From IMG/VR virus record IMGVR_UViG_2718218131_000002: a DNA stretch of 64,000 nucleotides, one strand, 5' to 3'. Both the position numbers and the translations under genes were made by a program. The stretch comes from a virus. Its lineage: Duplodnaviria; Heunggongvirae; Uroviricota; Caudoviricetes. This document shows positions 1 to 9,514 of the stretch, in pieces. The notes beneath the pieces are model-generated. The model was not told the DNA's origin and ran no database searches. It saw nothing but the letters and a program-made list of their open reading frames with translations. Position 1 is the first letter of the stretch. Every line of letters begins with the position of its first letter.

Positions 1-139
1 TCGCTTTATAGCTGGAAAGGGGATTTAGTTCCCGAAGGTCGCGCGATGCGTCTACAGGAGGCATCTGGCGGGGAGCTTCAGTATGATCCCAAAGTTTATG
101 ATGAATATCGTAAGACGAAGCGGGCGGGGCGGTTGAACA

Positions 140-661
140 ATGAAAATCACTCCTGAACAGGCTCGTGAGGCTCTGGATGCCTGGATATGTCGACCAGGAA
201 TGACACAGGAGCAGGCGACGATATTAATCACTGAAGCATTCTGGGCTTTGAAAGAGCGCCCGAACATCGATGTTCAGCGTGTCACAGATGAAGGTGGCGC
301 GGTTGATCAGCGAGCGCTTGGCGTTAATCGAGTGAAGATATTCGAACGCTGGAAGGCTATCGACACCAGGGATAAGCGTGAAAAGTTCACGGCGCTAGTG
401 CCTGCGATTATGGAGGCTATCCGGATTAGTGATTTCAGGTTGTATCGTGAGATCAGTGATGGAAAAAGTATTACGTACATGATCGCCGGGTTAAATAAAG
501 AATATGGCGATGTGGTGGAATCCGGACTGCTTTTTGCAGATCCTGCCGTTGTAGATCGTGAAACTGACGAACTTATAGAAAAAGCAATTGCTTTCAAGCT
601 TGCGTATCGACAGCAATACCAACAAAAAGCTGGATGGAATTATGAGTCTTCTTTTTGCTGA
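140..661 (+). CDS. hypothetical phage early-region protein
   Basis: 173-aa ORF directly upstream of and overlapping the O-like gene; no motif recognised. Confidence 0.35.
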   Translation: MKITPEQAREALDAWICRPGMTQEQATILITEAFWALKERPNIDVQRVTDEGGAVDQRALGVNRVKIFERWKAIDTRDKREKFTALVPAIMEAIRISDFRLYREISDGKSITYMIAGLNKEYGDVVESGLLFADPAVVDRETDELIEKAIAFKLAYRQQYQQKAGWNYESSFC

Positions 662-1556
662 ACGCCCACTGGTTATAAACACGCAGCTGGCAATGAAAAT
701 TGGCTTAAACGAAGCCATTGTTTTGCAACAACTGCACTACTGGTTGAGAGATACCAACTCCGGCATGGAATGTGATGGTGTTCGCTGGATTTATAACACA
801 ACGGAACAATGGCTGGAACAGTTCCCATTCTGGTCAGAGTCAACGTTAAAGCGCGCGTTTGCAAGTCTGAAAACGCTGGGGCTTTTGCGTTGTGAAAAGC
901 TCAATAAATCAAAGCGCGATATGACCAATTTCTACACGATCAACTACGGGAGCGAGCTTTTAGATGGTGGCAAATTGAGCGAATCCATCGGTTTAAAATG
1001 CGCCGCTCCATCAGGTCAAAATGACACGATGGAAGAGGTCAAAATGAAACGCTCCATTGGTTCAAAACGACTCAATGTCATCGGGTCAAAATGGCCTGAT
1101 GATCTTACAGAGAATACAACAGAGATTACTACAGAGAATAAAAAGACTTCTCGTCCGGAAGCTTCGCAACCGGACCCGCAGACGGTTGAACAGGATTTTT
1201 TAACCCGACACCCTGACGCGGTTGTGTTCAGTGCGAAAAAACGCCAGTGGGGCAGCCAGGAAGATTTGGCGTGTGCGCAGTGGATCTGGGGGCGAATCGT
1301 GAGTCTTTACGAGCAGGCCGCCAGCGATGATGGCGAGATTTCGCGACCGAAAGAACCCAACTGGACCGCATGGGCCAACGACGTGCGCACAATGCGGATG
1401 CTGGATGGCAGAACTCACAGACAAATTTGTGAAATGTTTGGTCGGGTGCAGCGGGATCCATTCTGGGTAAAAAATATCATGAGTCCGTCAAAGCTTCGCG
1501 AAAAATGGGATGAACTGGTTATCCGCCTGGGCGTTCGTCTGTACAGCGTTGTGTGA
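588..1556 (+). CDS. replication initiation protein, lambda O-like C-terminal domain
   Basis: C-terminal ~90 aa align with lambda gpO C-terminus (W..WANDVR.MR..DGR.HR..C..F, SP.KLR.KW); contains internal iterons; true start may be the Met at 642. Confidence 0.6.
   Translation: MLSSLRIDSNTNKKLDGIMSLLFAERPLVINTQLAMKIGLNEAIVLQQLHYWLRDTNSGMECDGVRWIYNTTEQWLEQFPFWSESTLKRAFASLKTLGLLRCEKLNKSKRDMTNFYTINYGSELLDGGKLSESIGLKCAAPSGQNDTMEEVKMKRSIGSKRLNVIGSKWPDDLTENTTEITTENKKTSRPEASQPDPQTVEQDFLTRHPDAVVFSAKKRQWGSQEDLACAQWIWGRIVSLYEQAASDDGEISRPKEPNWTAWANDVRTMRMLDGRTHRQICEMFGRVQRDPFWVKNIMSPSKLREKWDELVIRLGVRLYSVV
1035..1150. repeat. putative prophage replication origin: three GGT(C/T)AAAA(T/C) iterons plus A-rich tract inside the O-like gene
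   Basis: Iteron-like direct repeats at ~1037, 1059 and 1083 followed by an A-rich stretch, as in ori-lambda. Confidence 0.35.
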
Positions 1557-1646
1557 ATCATATTTCTGAGCCGGATACCGAAATTCCGCCGGGCTTCAGG
1601 GGGTAAGTGTTAATTTCTGGTCATGAGGTAATTTTCAGGAGGGCTT

Positions 1647-2069
1647 GTGGCAAAAGTTTTTACACAAGAAGAGCGGGAAAAAATTAAAGGGCAGGTTGTT
1701 GAACTCGTACGCCGGAGTGGGCGTGAGACGTTACGGCAACTGGAAGTCAAGACAGGTGCGACAAGATATCTGATGAGCGTTCTCGCAAGAGAGCTGGTTG
1801 CCAGCGGCGATGTATACAACTCTGGTTACGGGTTATTCCCGTCTGAACAGGCGCGTAAGGACTGGCAAAATGCCCGTAAAAAGCTCTCAAGGGCAAAGCT
1901 GAAGGAACCATCTGCGGTTGATCCGGACCTTATCTGGTCATTACCTGACGGAGAAATACGTCGCTACGACAGGCGTCAGAACATAATCTGTCGCGAGTGC
2001 CGGAAGAGTGAAGTTATGCAGCGCATACTAGCATTCTATCAGGGAAATGCTCGATATTTATTGAAGTGA
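1647..2069 (+). CDS. hypothetical phage protein (in the position of lambda P, not P-like)
   Basis: 140-aa ORF after the O-like gene; no P/DnaC-like motif seen. Confidence 0.35.
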   Translation: MAKVFTQEEREKIKGQVVELVRRSGRETLRQLEVKTGATRYLMSVLARELVASGDVYNSGYGLFPSEQARKDWQNARKKLSRAKLKEPSAVDPDLIWSLPDGEIRRYDRRQNIICRECRKSEVMQRILAFYQGNARYLLK

Positions 2070-2321
2070 TGAGATTAAAGTTTATTAGTTCAGATATTGA
2101 TTGGCTCTTTTGTGGAGTAGGGTAGAGTTAGTGTGTTTGTCTGCTTGGTGCCAGCAGCGGATATGTTTAACAACAGAAAGCATTCAGCATGGTTAGTGGA
2201 TTTGCAAAGTGGATTAGGATTTGAGAAACTTTGATGAAGTTGTAAAGCTTGTTTCTATAAAAATAGAAATTTAACTAATAGTTAAACACACCTCCAGCTT
2301 CATTGAAAAGGATTATTAGCT

Positions 2322-2609
2322 ATGATTGATCCACTTATTAGAAACTTACAGAGTGATATTGCACTACTCCAGCTTTATATCGCGCAACGCAAACAGGCAG
2401 GCTTTCATGACATGGAAAGAATAATTGAGTCATTGACCATCTTTATGTTTCGCGCGCTGAAAATGGGTGAACTGGTAAACATGAATCAGATTAAAGTTAA
2501 TTTTCCCGCCATTGATTTAGCTGATAATAAAAACATGATAGCAGTTCAAGTTACTACGAATGCAAGTCCAGCAAAAATTAAAAAACTATCGAATCTTTTG
2601 AGAAAATAA
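2322..2609 (+). CDS. SMEK-like N-terminal domain ORF, probable 5' part of a frameshifted gene
   Basis: AT-rich; motif NFPAIDLADNKNMIAVQVTTNASPAKIKK resembles SMEK-type N-terminal domains; the downstream ORF frame is open back into this one. Confidence 0.35.
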   Translation: MIDPLIRNLQSDIALLQLYIAQRKQAGFHDMERIIESLTIFMFRALKMGELVNMNQIKVNFPAIDLADNKNMIAVQVTTNASPAKIKKLSNLLRK

Positions 2610-2725
2610 ATGAAATAGGAGAGAGTCTGAAAGATAAATACTCTACTTTATATATTTTTGGTTTTTGTAAAGCCTCAAGATACCTAACTCCAAGTTATTG
2701 TAAAATAATCGACCCCAGCTATTTC

Positions 2726-3220
2726 GTGAATGAACTTTGCGATAAAGCAGATGAAGATATGGTCCAGGATATGATTGACGCCATTCGACGCCATCATGAT
2801 TATACATCATTACATCCATGGAGTGATAAAGATTCACTCGAAATTATACTCAATATTATTAATCGCAATGCAATAAAACATCGGATGAGTTGCGAAGGCA
2901 GTCTGTCTGATATGCTCACTGGTTTAAAAGAAATTAATGAAGTAATTACAAAAGGAACAATTCAACGTAAGCAACGTTCAAAATCGATATCTGACTTCAA
3001 AGATCAAAGCATGGTGAAATTTATGAGAGGTGTAATGGATGATTTGTCTGTTATTCAAGCCATAGTGAACAAATCTAAAGTTAACCAAGGTGATATGGTT
3101 TATATAAGCCATGAAGATATGATTAATATTGATAAATTAAAAGCTAAAATAGCAAGTGATTCATCAGAGATTGCAAGGCTAAATAATATTGATATAACAC
3201 TAAATGTTGTTGATTTATAA
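2726..3220 (+). CDS. hypothetical protein, probable 3' part of the same SMEK-like gene
   Basis: Frame has no stop back to at least 2582, overlapping the end of the previous ORF; listed start is GTG. Confidence 0.35.
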   Translation: MNELCDKADEDMVQDMIDAIRRHHDYTSLHPWSDKDSLEIILNIINRNAIKHRMSCEGSLSDMLTGLKEINEVITKGTIQRKQRSKSISDFKDQSMVKFMRGVMDDLSVIQAIVNKSKVNQGDMVYISHEDMINIDKLKAKIASDSSEIARLNNIDITLNVVDL

Positions 3221-3534
3221 TTGTCGATTTAGCAAAACAGAGAATGCTTTGAAAGTTTCACCGAGAAATATTTATTGTGAACCTCCTTATTGTTTATCGA
3301 CTTTTACTCTCCGCTCATTGCAGTACTGTCGGAGAAGGCTACTATGTACAAGAAGCAGCTAACATAAGCGAGCATCACTATTGATATTAGGAAGAGTATA
3401 TAAAAACTTCATGCTGAACCTTACAAAAGTAGGTAAACCGGCAATGGCCTAAGTGGCAGGGTCATGTTGATCCGGCACTGCCGAGCTAATAATTAACAAG
3501 CAAATCACTCTTTCTAATAATTTGTTGAAATAAA

Positions 3535-4194
3535 CTAAATATGTATATGTTTACCAACAACCACATATGAACTACCTGCTTTGCTCCATGATTTTATTAT
3601 TTCTAAATTATTATCTGAGCATATTTTACTTACAGTATCCACATCTAATAAACCATAGTAGAAAGCATTGCGAGAGTTTTGGTATATATACCCATGCAAA
3701 TGTTTAATACCGCTCTCGTACCTCTTGAAATAAGAACTTTTGTATTGATTGACAATCAGTGCTTCACCATCACTCTTTAATAATTCTCTAATCGCACTGA
3801 GGACTTTGTGAATTGTGGATTCACATGGAATTGCGGAAAGCACGTTTGCGCAAAGTATGAAATCATAATGATTTGTTATTTTATCTATATTTTCATAAGA
3901 AACAATATTAGCATTCTTATAGTTATTTATCACGTAATCTGGAATCGTGGTTTGTACACCTCTGATAATTTGCACTCTTTCTAGTTGTCTTCTGGAATCT
4001 AAAAATGTCACAGTTTCAAATTTATTTACTAATTGTTCTGAATATCTAAGTTTTCCACATCCAAAATCAAGGGCATTGCCATTTTTATTAGTGCTTTCAA
4101 TCTGTTTACAGAGATAGTTAGATGGCATAGTGTGCGGTTTCGCTGCATTTTCTGAACGTATGTTTATTCCATTTATTTTGTAATTCAAAATCAA
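3535..4194 (-). CDS. class I SAM-dependent methyltransferase
   Basis: Motif I LDFGCGKLRY and Rossmann-like order; AT-rich codon usage. Confidence 0.6.
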   Translation of the reverse strand: MILNYKINGINIRSENAAKPHTMPSNYLCKQIESTNKNGNALDFGCGKLRYSEQLVNKFETVTFLDSRRQLERVQIIRGVQTTIPDYVINNYKNANIVSYENIDKITNHYDFILCANVLSAIPCESTIHKVLSAIRELLKSDGEALIVNQYKSSYFKRYESGIKHLHGYIYQNSRNAFYYGLLDVDTVSKICSDNNLEIIKSWSKAGSSYVVVGKHIHI

Positions 4195-4200
4195 CCTCGT

Positions 4201-4908
4201 TTAAAAAATATTGTTATTGTTAAAGAATTCTTTTATTTTGCTATCAGGTATTTGTCTTACTTGGCTTTCTGTTCTTGGTTTAACTGATGCTATGAAAATA
4301 AGGAAGTCAAATGCGACAAGAGAAATAATCCACAACCAAAGATTAATTAAAGAGCCAGTAACAGAGAATATATTTGTTAATTTGGCGATACTTATTATTA
4401 AAATAGTAACAAATGCGATTACTGTATGTTCAAAGAAAACCCAAAAGTAATAAACTTTGTTCCAGAAAAGTTCAACGTAATGTTTGTCTTTTAACTCTTT
4501 AACTTCTGGGTAATACAGTTTACTCATTACCTTGTGAGATTCATCAGTAGTTAATTTTCTCGTAACGCCTGCAATTTTTGCTAATGGTTTAATAATTAAA
4601 TGACTATCCCACATCTTCCTTATTCCAATAATTTTTGCTACATTATTATGTAGATCTAAAGCTCCACTAATTACTGACCAAAAAACTGAAGATGCAATTG
4701 GTAATATGCCAAAGGTTAATATCCATTTAATAAATTCCTCGTAGTCTTTAACGGGGGGGATATACTTGGCATTAATGCCAACCAATGGCATGTAGCCATA
4801 AATGACTAATGATAGGTAAAATATAAATGTAGTAATAAAAGTCGCCTTATGGAGCATAGGCAACATTTCATTATAACTCTTTGGTGGTTCTAACATTTTA
4901 CTCTCCAA
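4201..4908 (-). CDS. polytopic membrane protein of unknown function
   Basis: 235 aa with several long hydrophobic segments; 6-nt gap to the methyltransferase downstream on the same strand. Confidence 0.5.
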   Translation of the reverse strand: MESKMLEPPKSYNEMLPMLHKATFITTFIFYLSLVIYGYMPLVGINAKYIPPVKDYEEFIKWILTFGILPIASSVFWSVISGALDLHNNVAKIIGIRKMWDSHLIIKPLAKIAGVTRKLTTDESHKVMSKLYYPEVKELKDKHYVELFWNKVYYFWVFFEHTVIAFVTILIISIAKLTNIFSVTGSLINLWLWIISLVAFDFLIFIASVKPRTESQVRQIPDSKIKEFFNNNNIF

Positions 4909-5638
4909 ACACTCAAAAAAAAGCTAATCTTCTATAATAACGAAATTCAGCTGGCACAATTAAAGATTAATTGCCACCAATTTCTTGATTTTATAATTTT
5001 ATCTAAATGTTTTTGATTAATCTAGTCCTAAAAGAAACCTACTGCATAAATATTTATGCTGATGACCCACTCCCTGTTCGTTAACACATAGCAACGTTAG
5101 TAATGCATCCTAAGTGATCAATATTTTTGCTAGCTTCATCTGCTCGCTCAAAGGGAACTATAATGTTGGCTTGCGTGTGACTTGGCATGTTTAAAGAAGT
5201 GCTGGTGGTGACTGGTTGCTGTTTTCCATTTCCACAGAACAAAATCATAGAAACTATACCCAGTAGTTGTATTGAATCACTGACGAGACAGCCTCATATT
5301 TATCAGGACTGGTGTACGTCCAATACAGGAGGTTGTGGTGCTGGTTCTCAAATGTGCGCTGGCTATTGCTGCTGTAATGGCAATTTATTGTCTTGCTGTT
5401 GTTCTTATGGATCACCTTTCTGATTGATTTCATATTGGCGAGGTAACGGTAGTTAAGTAGAATTGCTGCGGGTGCTTGAGGCTATCTGCCTCGGGCATCA
5501 ACACCAAAGGCAGATAGAGAAAAGCCCCAGTTAACATTACGCGTCCGGCAAGACGCTTAACATTAATCTGAGGCCATATCTATGCTCTACACACGTAGGT
5601 TAGCCTCTTACGTGCCGAAAGGCAAGGAGAAGCAGGCT

Positions 5639-5794
5639 ATGAAGCAGCAAAAGGCGATGTTAATCGCCCTGATCGTCATCTGTTTAACCGTCATAGTGAC
5701 GGCACTGGTAACGAGGAAAGACCTCTGCGAGGTACGAATCCGAACCGGCCAGACGGAGGTCGCTGTCTTCACAGCTTACGAACCTGAGGAGTAA
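5639..5794 (+). CDS. hok: Hok/Gef family type I toxin (HokD/RelF-like)
   Basis: MKQQKAMLIALIVICLTVIVTALVTRKDLCEVRIRTGQTEVAVFTAYEPEE is a near-exact Hok family match from memory; in-frame upstream extension from 5582 looks like a mok-like leader. Confidence 0.85.
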   Translation: MKQQKAMLIALIVICLTVIVTALVTRKDLCEVRIRTGQTEVAVFTAYEPEE

Positions 5795-5863
5795 GAGACC
5801 CGGCGGGGGAGTAATCTCCCGCCACCTCTGATGTGCCAGGCATCCTCAACGCACCCGCACTTA

Positions 5864-5886
5864 ACCCGCTTCGGCGGGTTTTTGCA
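5864..5886 (+). terminator. rho-independent terminator after hok
   Basis: CCCGCTTCGGCGGG hairpin followed by T-run. Confidence 0.55.
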
Positions 5887-5959
5887 TTAGTCTGGTTGAC
5901 AAAAATAGAAAAATGCGAAAATATGTGGTTTACGAATTCTAAAAAAAGCGAAACTTGAA

Positions 5960-6610
5960 ATGAATGAAAATCAGTTAGCTCCTTGTTGGGAATTTCAACC
6001 TTATCTTGCTGAAAACTATGTTCGCCACTTGTTGGCGGAGATCGCTAACGTACTTGAGCAGCTGTACTATCATAAGCACGCATTAGACAGCAACTGGTCT
6101 GAAGGTGTAAGGGCTTATGATTGGGTCAGAAATCATCTTATTCAAAATGAAGATGCAATTCCTGGCCTTGAGATGATTTCCAAGGGGTTGGACTATGTAG
6201 TTGCTTTAAATAAAGTTCCGCTACAATTTACCAAAGATTGCATTAATAACCCCAAAAAGAAACATCGTCTGCGTCGAAATAAAGTAGAGTATGAGCAACT
6301 CTCATTGTTTGGTGATGTTGAGGCTGAGCAAGATATTACATGGCGAGTCATAGCTGAGCCTTTTTTATCCGAAGAGGGCGATGGTGAATTAGAGTCCACA
6401 CTGCCTCGTTGGGAGGTAGCTCTTGTTGGATTTAATACTTATGGTGCTCAGATTAGTATAGTTTCTCATCAATCTACAGCATCGATGCCGCTTATGCCTC
6501 TTGATTATAACACACTCCCTGACGAAGCGGAGATTAATAAGGTGCCTCTTCGTCGGCGTACGAAGGATAAAGATTTGGATGTGAGCAGTGATGGAACATC
6601 AGGTGAATAA
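5960..6610 (+). CDS. hypothetical protein, candidate toxin/effector partner of the downstream XRE-peptidase
   Basis: 216 aa; 3' end overlaps the next gene by 23 nt; no motif recognised. Confidence 0.4.
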   Translation: MNENQLAPCWEFQPYLAENYVRHLLAEIANVLEQLYYHKHALDSNWSEGVRAYDWVRNHLIQNEDAIPGLEMISKGLDYVVALNKVPLQFTKDCINNPKKKHRLRRNKVEYEQLSLFGDVEAEQDITWRVIAEPFLSEEGDGELESTLPRWEVALVGFNTYGAQISIVSHQSTASMPLMPLDYNTLPDEAEINKVPLRRRTKDKDLDVSSDGTSGE

Positions 6611-7694
6611 CTTCACTGAGTATCGGGGTGATAAGCTCAAACTAGCGAGAATGGCTGTTGGGCTTTCTTGTGAAGAGTTAGCCGAAAAAATTGGCAAGAC
6701 AAAGCAATTCGTTAGCAAACTGGAGAAGGGGTGCAGGCCATCGGAGCAATGTCTTGAGTTAATATCTTCAGCGCTTATGATTAAGTCCAGTTTTCTTTTT
6801 ACTGAACGAAAATACGCTCTGGAAAGTGATGTCTGCCATTTTCGGAGTAAGAAGTCCAGGACTCAAACGCTGACTAATAGTGTATTGGCCAGGGCTGAGA
6901 TTCTTAATATTATAATTTCTGCTGTTGAAGGTGAAATCGAATTTCCTGACGTTAACATACCGGAGCACCCAGGGGCTGAATTACTTACTCCGAATGATAT
7001 TGAGCGAGTGGCAGAAGATTGTCGCCGTGCCTGGAATTTAGGTCTTGGCCCTATATCATCAATGGTTAAATTGGCGGAGAGTTTAGGGGTAATCGTTGCG
7101 CATGTTACGGGAGTCGATGATCGTGTTGATGCTTTTACTGTTCACAATAACAGGCCTGTTATCATCAGGAACAATGTTAAAAAAAGCATATGTAGATTTC
7201 GCTCTGATTTAGGTCATGAATTAGGGCATTTAGTAATGCATGAGGGCATAACGACAGGTGATAAACTTACGGAATCACAAGCCGATCACTTTTCGAGCGC
7301 CTTATTAGTTCCCAGGTTATCTTTCATTAAAGAATTTCCACGAATACGAGGTAAGCAATTCGACTGGAATGCTCTGGTTGAATTTAAACTTAGATGGAAA
7401 ATCAGCCTTAAAATGTGTATTTATCGAGCCAGCGCATTAGGCTTATTGACCCAGGAACAGGCAAGAACTGGCTATATGCATCTTAATTCCAGAGGGTATA
7501 CGAGAGTTGAACCTGGTGATGAACTTTTGCGCCCTGAAGAACCCGGTATGCTGGCCGAGGCGATTGAAATGCTGGATGATGCAACCTGGCTAAGAATTCT
7601 TATGAAAACTGGCTTGAGCCAAGATTTAATTCGTGAGTTGTTCTCCATCAACAGACCTATTACAAATCCAAGAAATATTTTCCAGATTGTTTGA
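6588..7694 (+). CDS. XRE-family HTH fused to ImmA/IrrE-type Zn metallopeptidase (COG2856-like)
   Basis: N-terminal HTH (LARMAVGLSCEELAEKIGKTKQFVSKLEKG) and HEXXH motif (HELGHLVMHE). Confidence 0.7.
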   Translation: MMEHQVNNFTEYRGDKLKLARMAVGLSCEELAEKIGKTKQFVSKLEKGCRPSEQCLELISSALMIKSSFLFTERKYALESDVCHFRSKKSRTQTLTNSVLARAEILNIIISAVEGEIEFPDVNIPEHPGAELLTPNDIERVAEDCRRAWNLGLGPISSMVKLAESLGVIVAHVTGVDDRVDAFTVHNNRPVIIRNNVKKSICRFRSDLGHELGHLVMHEGITTGDKLTESQADHFSSALLVPRLSFIKEFPRIRGKQFDWNALVEFKLRWKISLKMCIYRASALGLLTQEQARTGYMHLNSRGYTRVEPGDELLRPEEPGMLAEAIEMLDDATWLRILMKTGLSQDLIRELFSINRPITNPRNIFQIV

Positions 7695-7698
7695 GTAT

Positions 7699-7722
7699 AC
7701 CCGCTTCGGCGGGTTTTTTGTT
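7699..7722 (+). terminator. rho-independent terminator, same hairpin as at 5864
   Basis: CCCGCTTCGGCGGG followed by T-run. Confidence 0.55.
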
Positions 7723-7803
7723 TTTATTTTCAACGTGTTTGAAGTTTTGGACGGTGCCAGAATAGAATCAAAAATACTTAAGTAGCGCGCAGGGAGAAGA
7801 GGG

Positions 7804-8112
7804 ATGGACCCCGAACAGGGGGAGTGCTATTTATCTGGAAGGATTCTGTTGATGAAAATCGAAGAATTACGTGAAATTTTTAGTGAGGATGGCCTCTATA
7901 CTGTGCGCGTTGAGAATGGCGCTATTGTCAGCCACTGCCGTATTAAATGTTTACAGTCTCAACAAAGGAAGAGTGGAGCTGCGTTAATTCATTTGGTGGA
8001 TGGGCTTGTGACGGATGGTTTTATTTTGCGTGCAAATGAATTTGTCACATCGTTGCCGTCTCTGAAAGAAGCTGGGATTAAGGCTGGTTTTTCTGCTTTT
8101 GAAGATGAGTGA
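7804..8112 (+). CDS. hypothetical nin-region protein
   Basis: ORF only; likely start at the internal Met (MKIEELRE). Confidence 0.3.
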   Translation: MDPEQGECYLSGRILLMKIEELREIFSEDGLYTVRVENGAIVSHCRIKCLQSQQRKSGAALIHLVDGLVTDGFILRANEFVTSLPSLKEAGIKAGFSAFEDE

Positions 8113-8178
8113 ATTCATCTACAATTCAGCGCAGGGCTGAACCCCTGTTGAGTAACACTGTGCCACCGGAGAAAGCCG

Positions 8179-8457
8179 ATGGCGCAAAATTCCAGACAAC
8201 ACAATTCTGATAATTCAGCCGTCTTTGCCAGCAGGCACGGGCGGCGTTCTCATGCATTCAAATCTGACTGGTTCCAGCATGATCCATGTACTGAAGAGCA
8301 GGCAGAGTGGCTAATTCAGAACTACCGCAGACGTGGTTACGAGTTTCAGAAAGACCTCAGCTTCGACTTCCGACACTGGATAATCTCAGTCAGACTGCCT
8401 TACTCTGAACGCCCACCGCGTCCGTCCCGCACATTCCAGCAGCGTATCTGGAGGTAA
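8179..8457 (+). CDS. hypothetical nin-region protein
   Basis: 92-aa ORF abutting the DUF968 gene. Confidence 0.3.
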   Translation: MAQNSRQHNSDNSAVFASRHGRRSHAFKSDWFQHDPCTEEQAEWLIQNYRRRGYEFQKDLSFDFRHWIISVRLPYSERPPRPSRTFQQRIWR

Positions 8458-8458
8458 C

Positions 8459-9514
8459 GTGCGGGTATTACTTCGACCTGTTCTGGTACCGGAACTCGGG
8501 CTGGTGGTCCTTAAGCCGGGCCGTGAATCCATGCAGGTATTTCATAATCCCCGGGTGCTGGTGGAGCCGGAACCGAAAAGCATGCGCGGTCTGCCGTCAG
8601 GAACTGTTCCTGCCGTGCGCCAGCCGCTCGCGGAAGATAAATCATTACTGCCATTTTTCAGCGATGAGCGGGTGATTCGTGCTGCTGGCGGCGCTGGCGC
8701 ATTGTCTGACTGGCTGTTACGCCATGTTAAATCCTGCCAGTGGCCTCATGGTGACTACCACCACAGTGAAACCGTCATACATCGTTACGGTACCGGCGCA
8801 ATGGTATTGTGCTGGCACTGTGATAATCAGTTACGCGACCAGACTTCAGAATCACTCGGGCAACTTGCTCAACAAAACCTGACATCCTGGATGATTGACG
8901 TCATCCGCCACGCAATAAACGGTACACAGGAGCGGGAGTTATCGCTGGCTGAATTATCCTGGTGGGCGGTCTGCAATCAGGTAGCGGACGTATTGCCGGA
9001 GGCAGTATTACGTCGTTCTCTGGGATTGCGTGCGGAAAAAATCCGCTCGGTGTACCGCGAAAGCGACATCGTACCGGGAGAGCAGACCGCCACCAGCATA
9101 CTGAAGCAGCGCACAAAAAATCTTGCGCTGCTGCCTCACGCCCACCAGCAAAACCCGCCACAGGAAAAGACGGTGGTCAGCATTGCCGTTGATCCGGAGT
9201 CACCGGCTCAGTATCTCCAGCGCCAGAAACCACAACGGGAAGAGATGCCTGTATACACGCGCTGGGTAAAAACGCAGAAATGCATGACGTGCGGTAATCA
9301 GGCAGATGATCCGCATCACATCATTGGTCATGGACTGGGAGGGATGGGAACAAAGGCTGATGATTTGTTTGTTATTCCGCTGTGCCGTAAATGTCATAAC
9401 GAACTGCACGCCGGGGTAAAAGATTTTGAAGAAAAACACGGCAGCCAGCTGTTGTTGCTGATTCGTTTTTTAATGCACGCGAGAAATTCGGGTGTCCTGA
9501 AGTGGAAAGCATGA
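8459..9514 (+). CDS. DUF968 family phage protein (YdfU-like) with C-terminal HNH-like Cys/His motif
   Basis: Strong resemblance to Qin prophage YdfU (MRVLLRPVLVPELGLVVLKPGRES..., C-terminal CxxC...HH...CxxCH). Confidence 0.7.
   Translation: MRVLLRPVLVPELGLVVLKPGRESMQVFHNPRVLVEPEPKSMRGLPSGTVPAVRQPLAEDKSLLPFFSDERVIRAAGGAGALSDWLLRHVKSCQWPHGDYHHSETVIHRYGTGAMVLCWHCDNQLRDQTSESLGQLAQQNLTSWMIDVIRHAINGTQERELSLAELSWWAVCNQVADVLPEAVLRRSLGLRAEKIRSVYRESDIVPGEQTATSILKQRTKNLALLPHAHQQNPPQEKTVVSIAVDPESPAQYLQRQKPQREEMPVYTRWVKTQKCMTCGNQADDPHHIIGHGLGGMGTKADDLFVIPLCRKCHNELHAGVKDFEEKHGSQLLLLIRFLMHARNSGVLKWKA

Noticed and set aside
5187-5423. 78-aa Cys/Gly-rich ORF as a bacteriocin or RiPP precursor
   Set aside because: Low-complexity translation of GCT/TGC-rich DNA with no SD at its start; a different frame with a strong SD is more plausible, though also weak.
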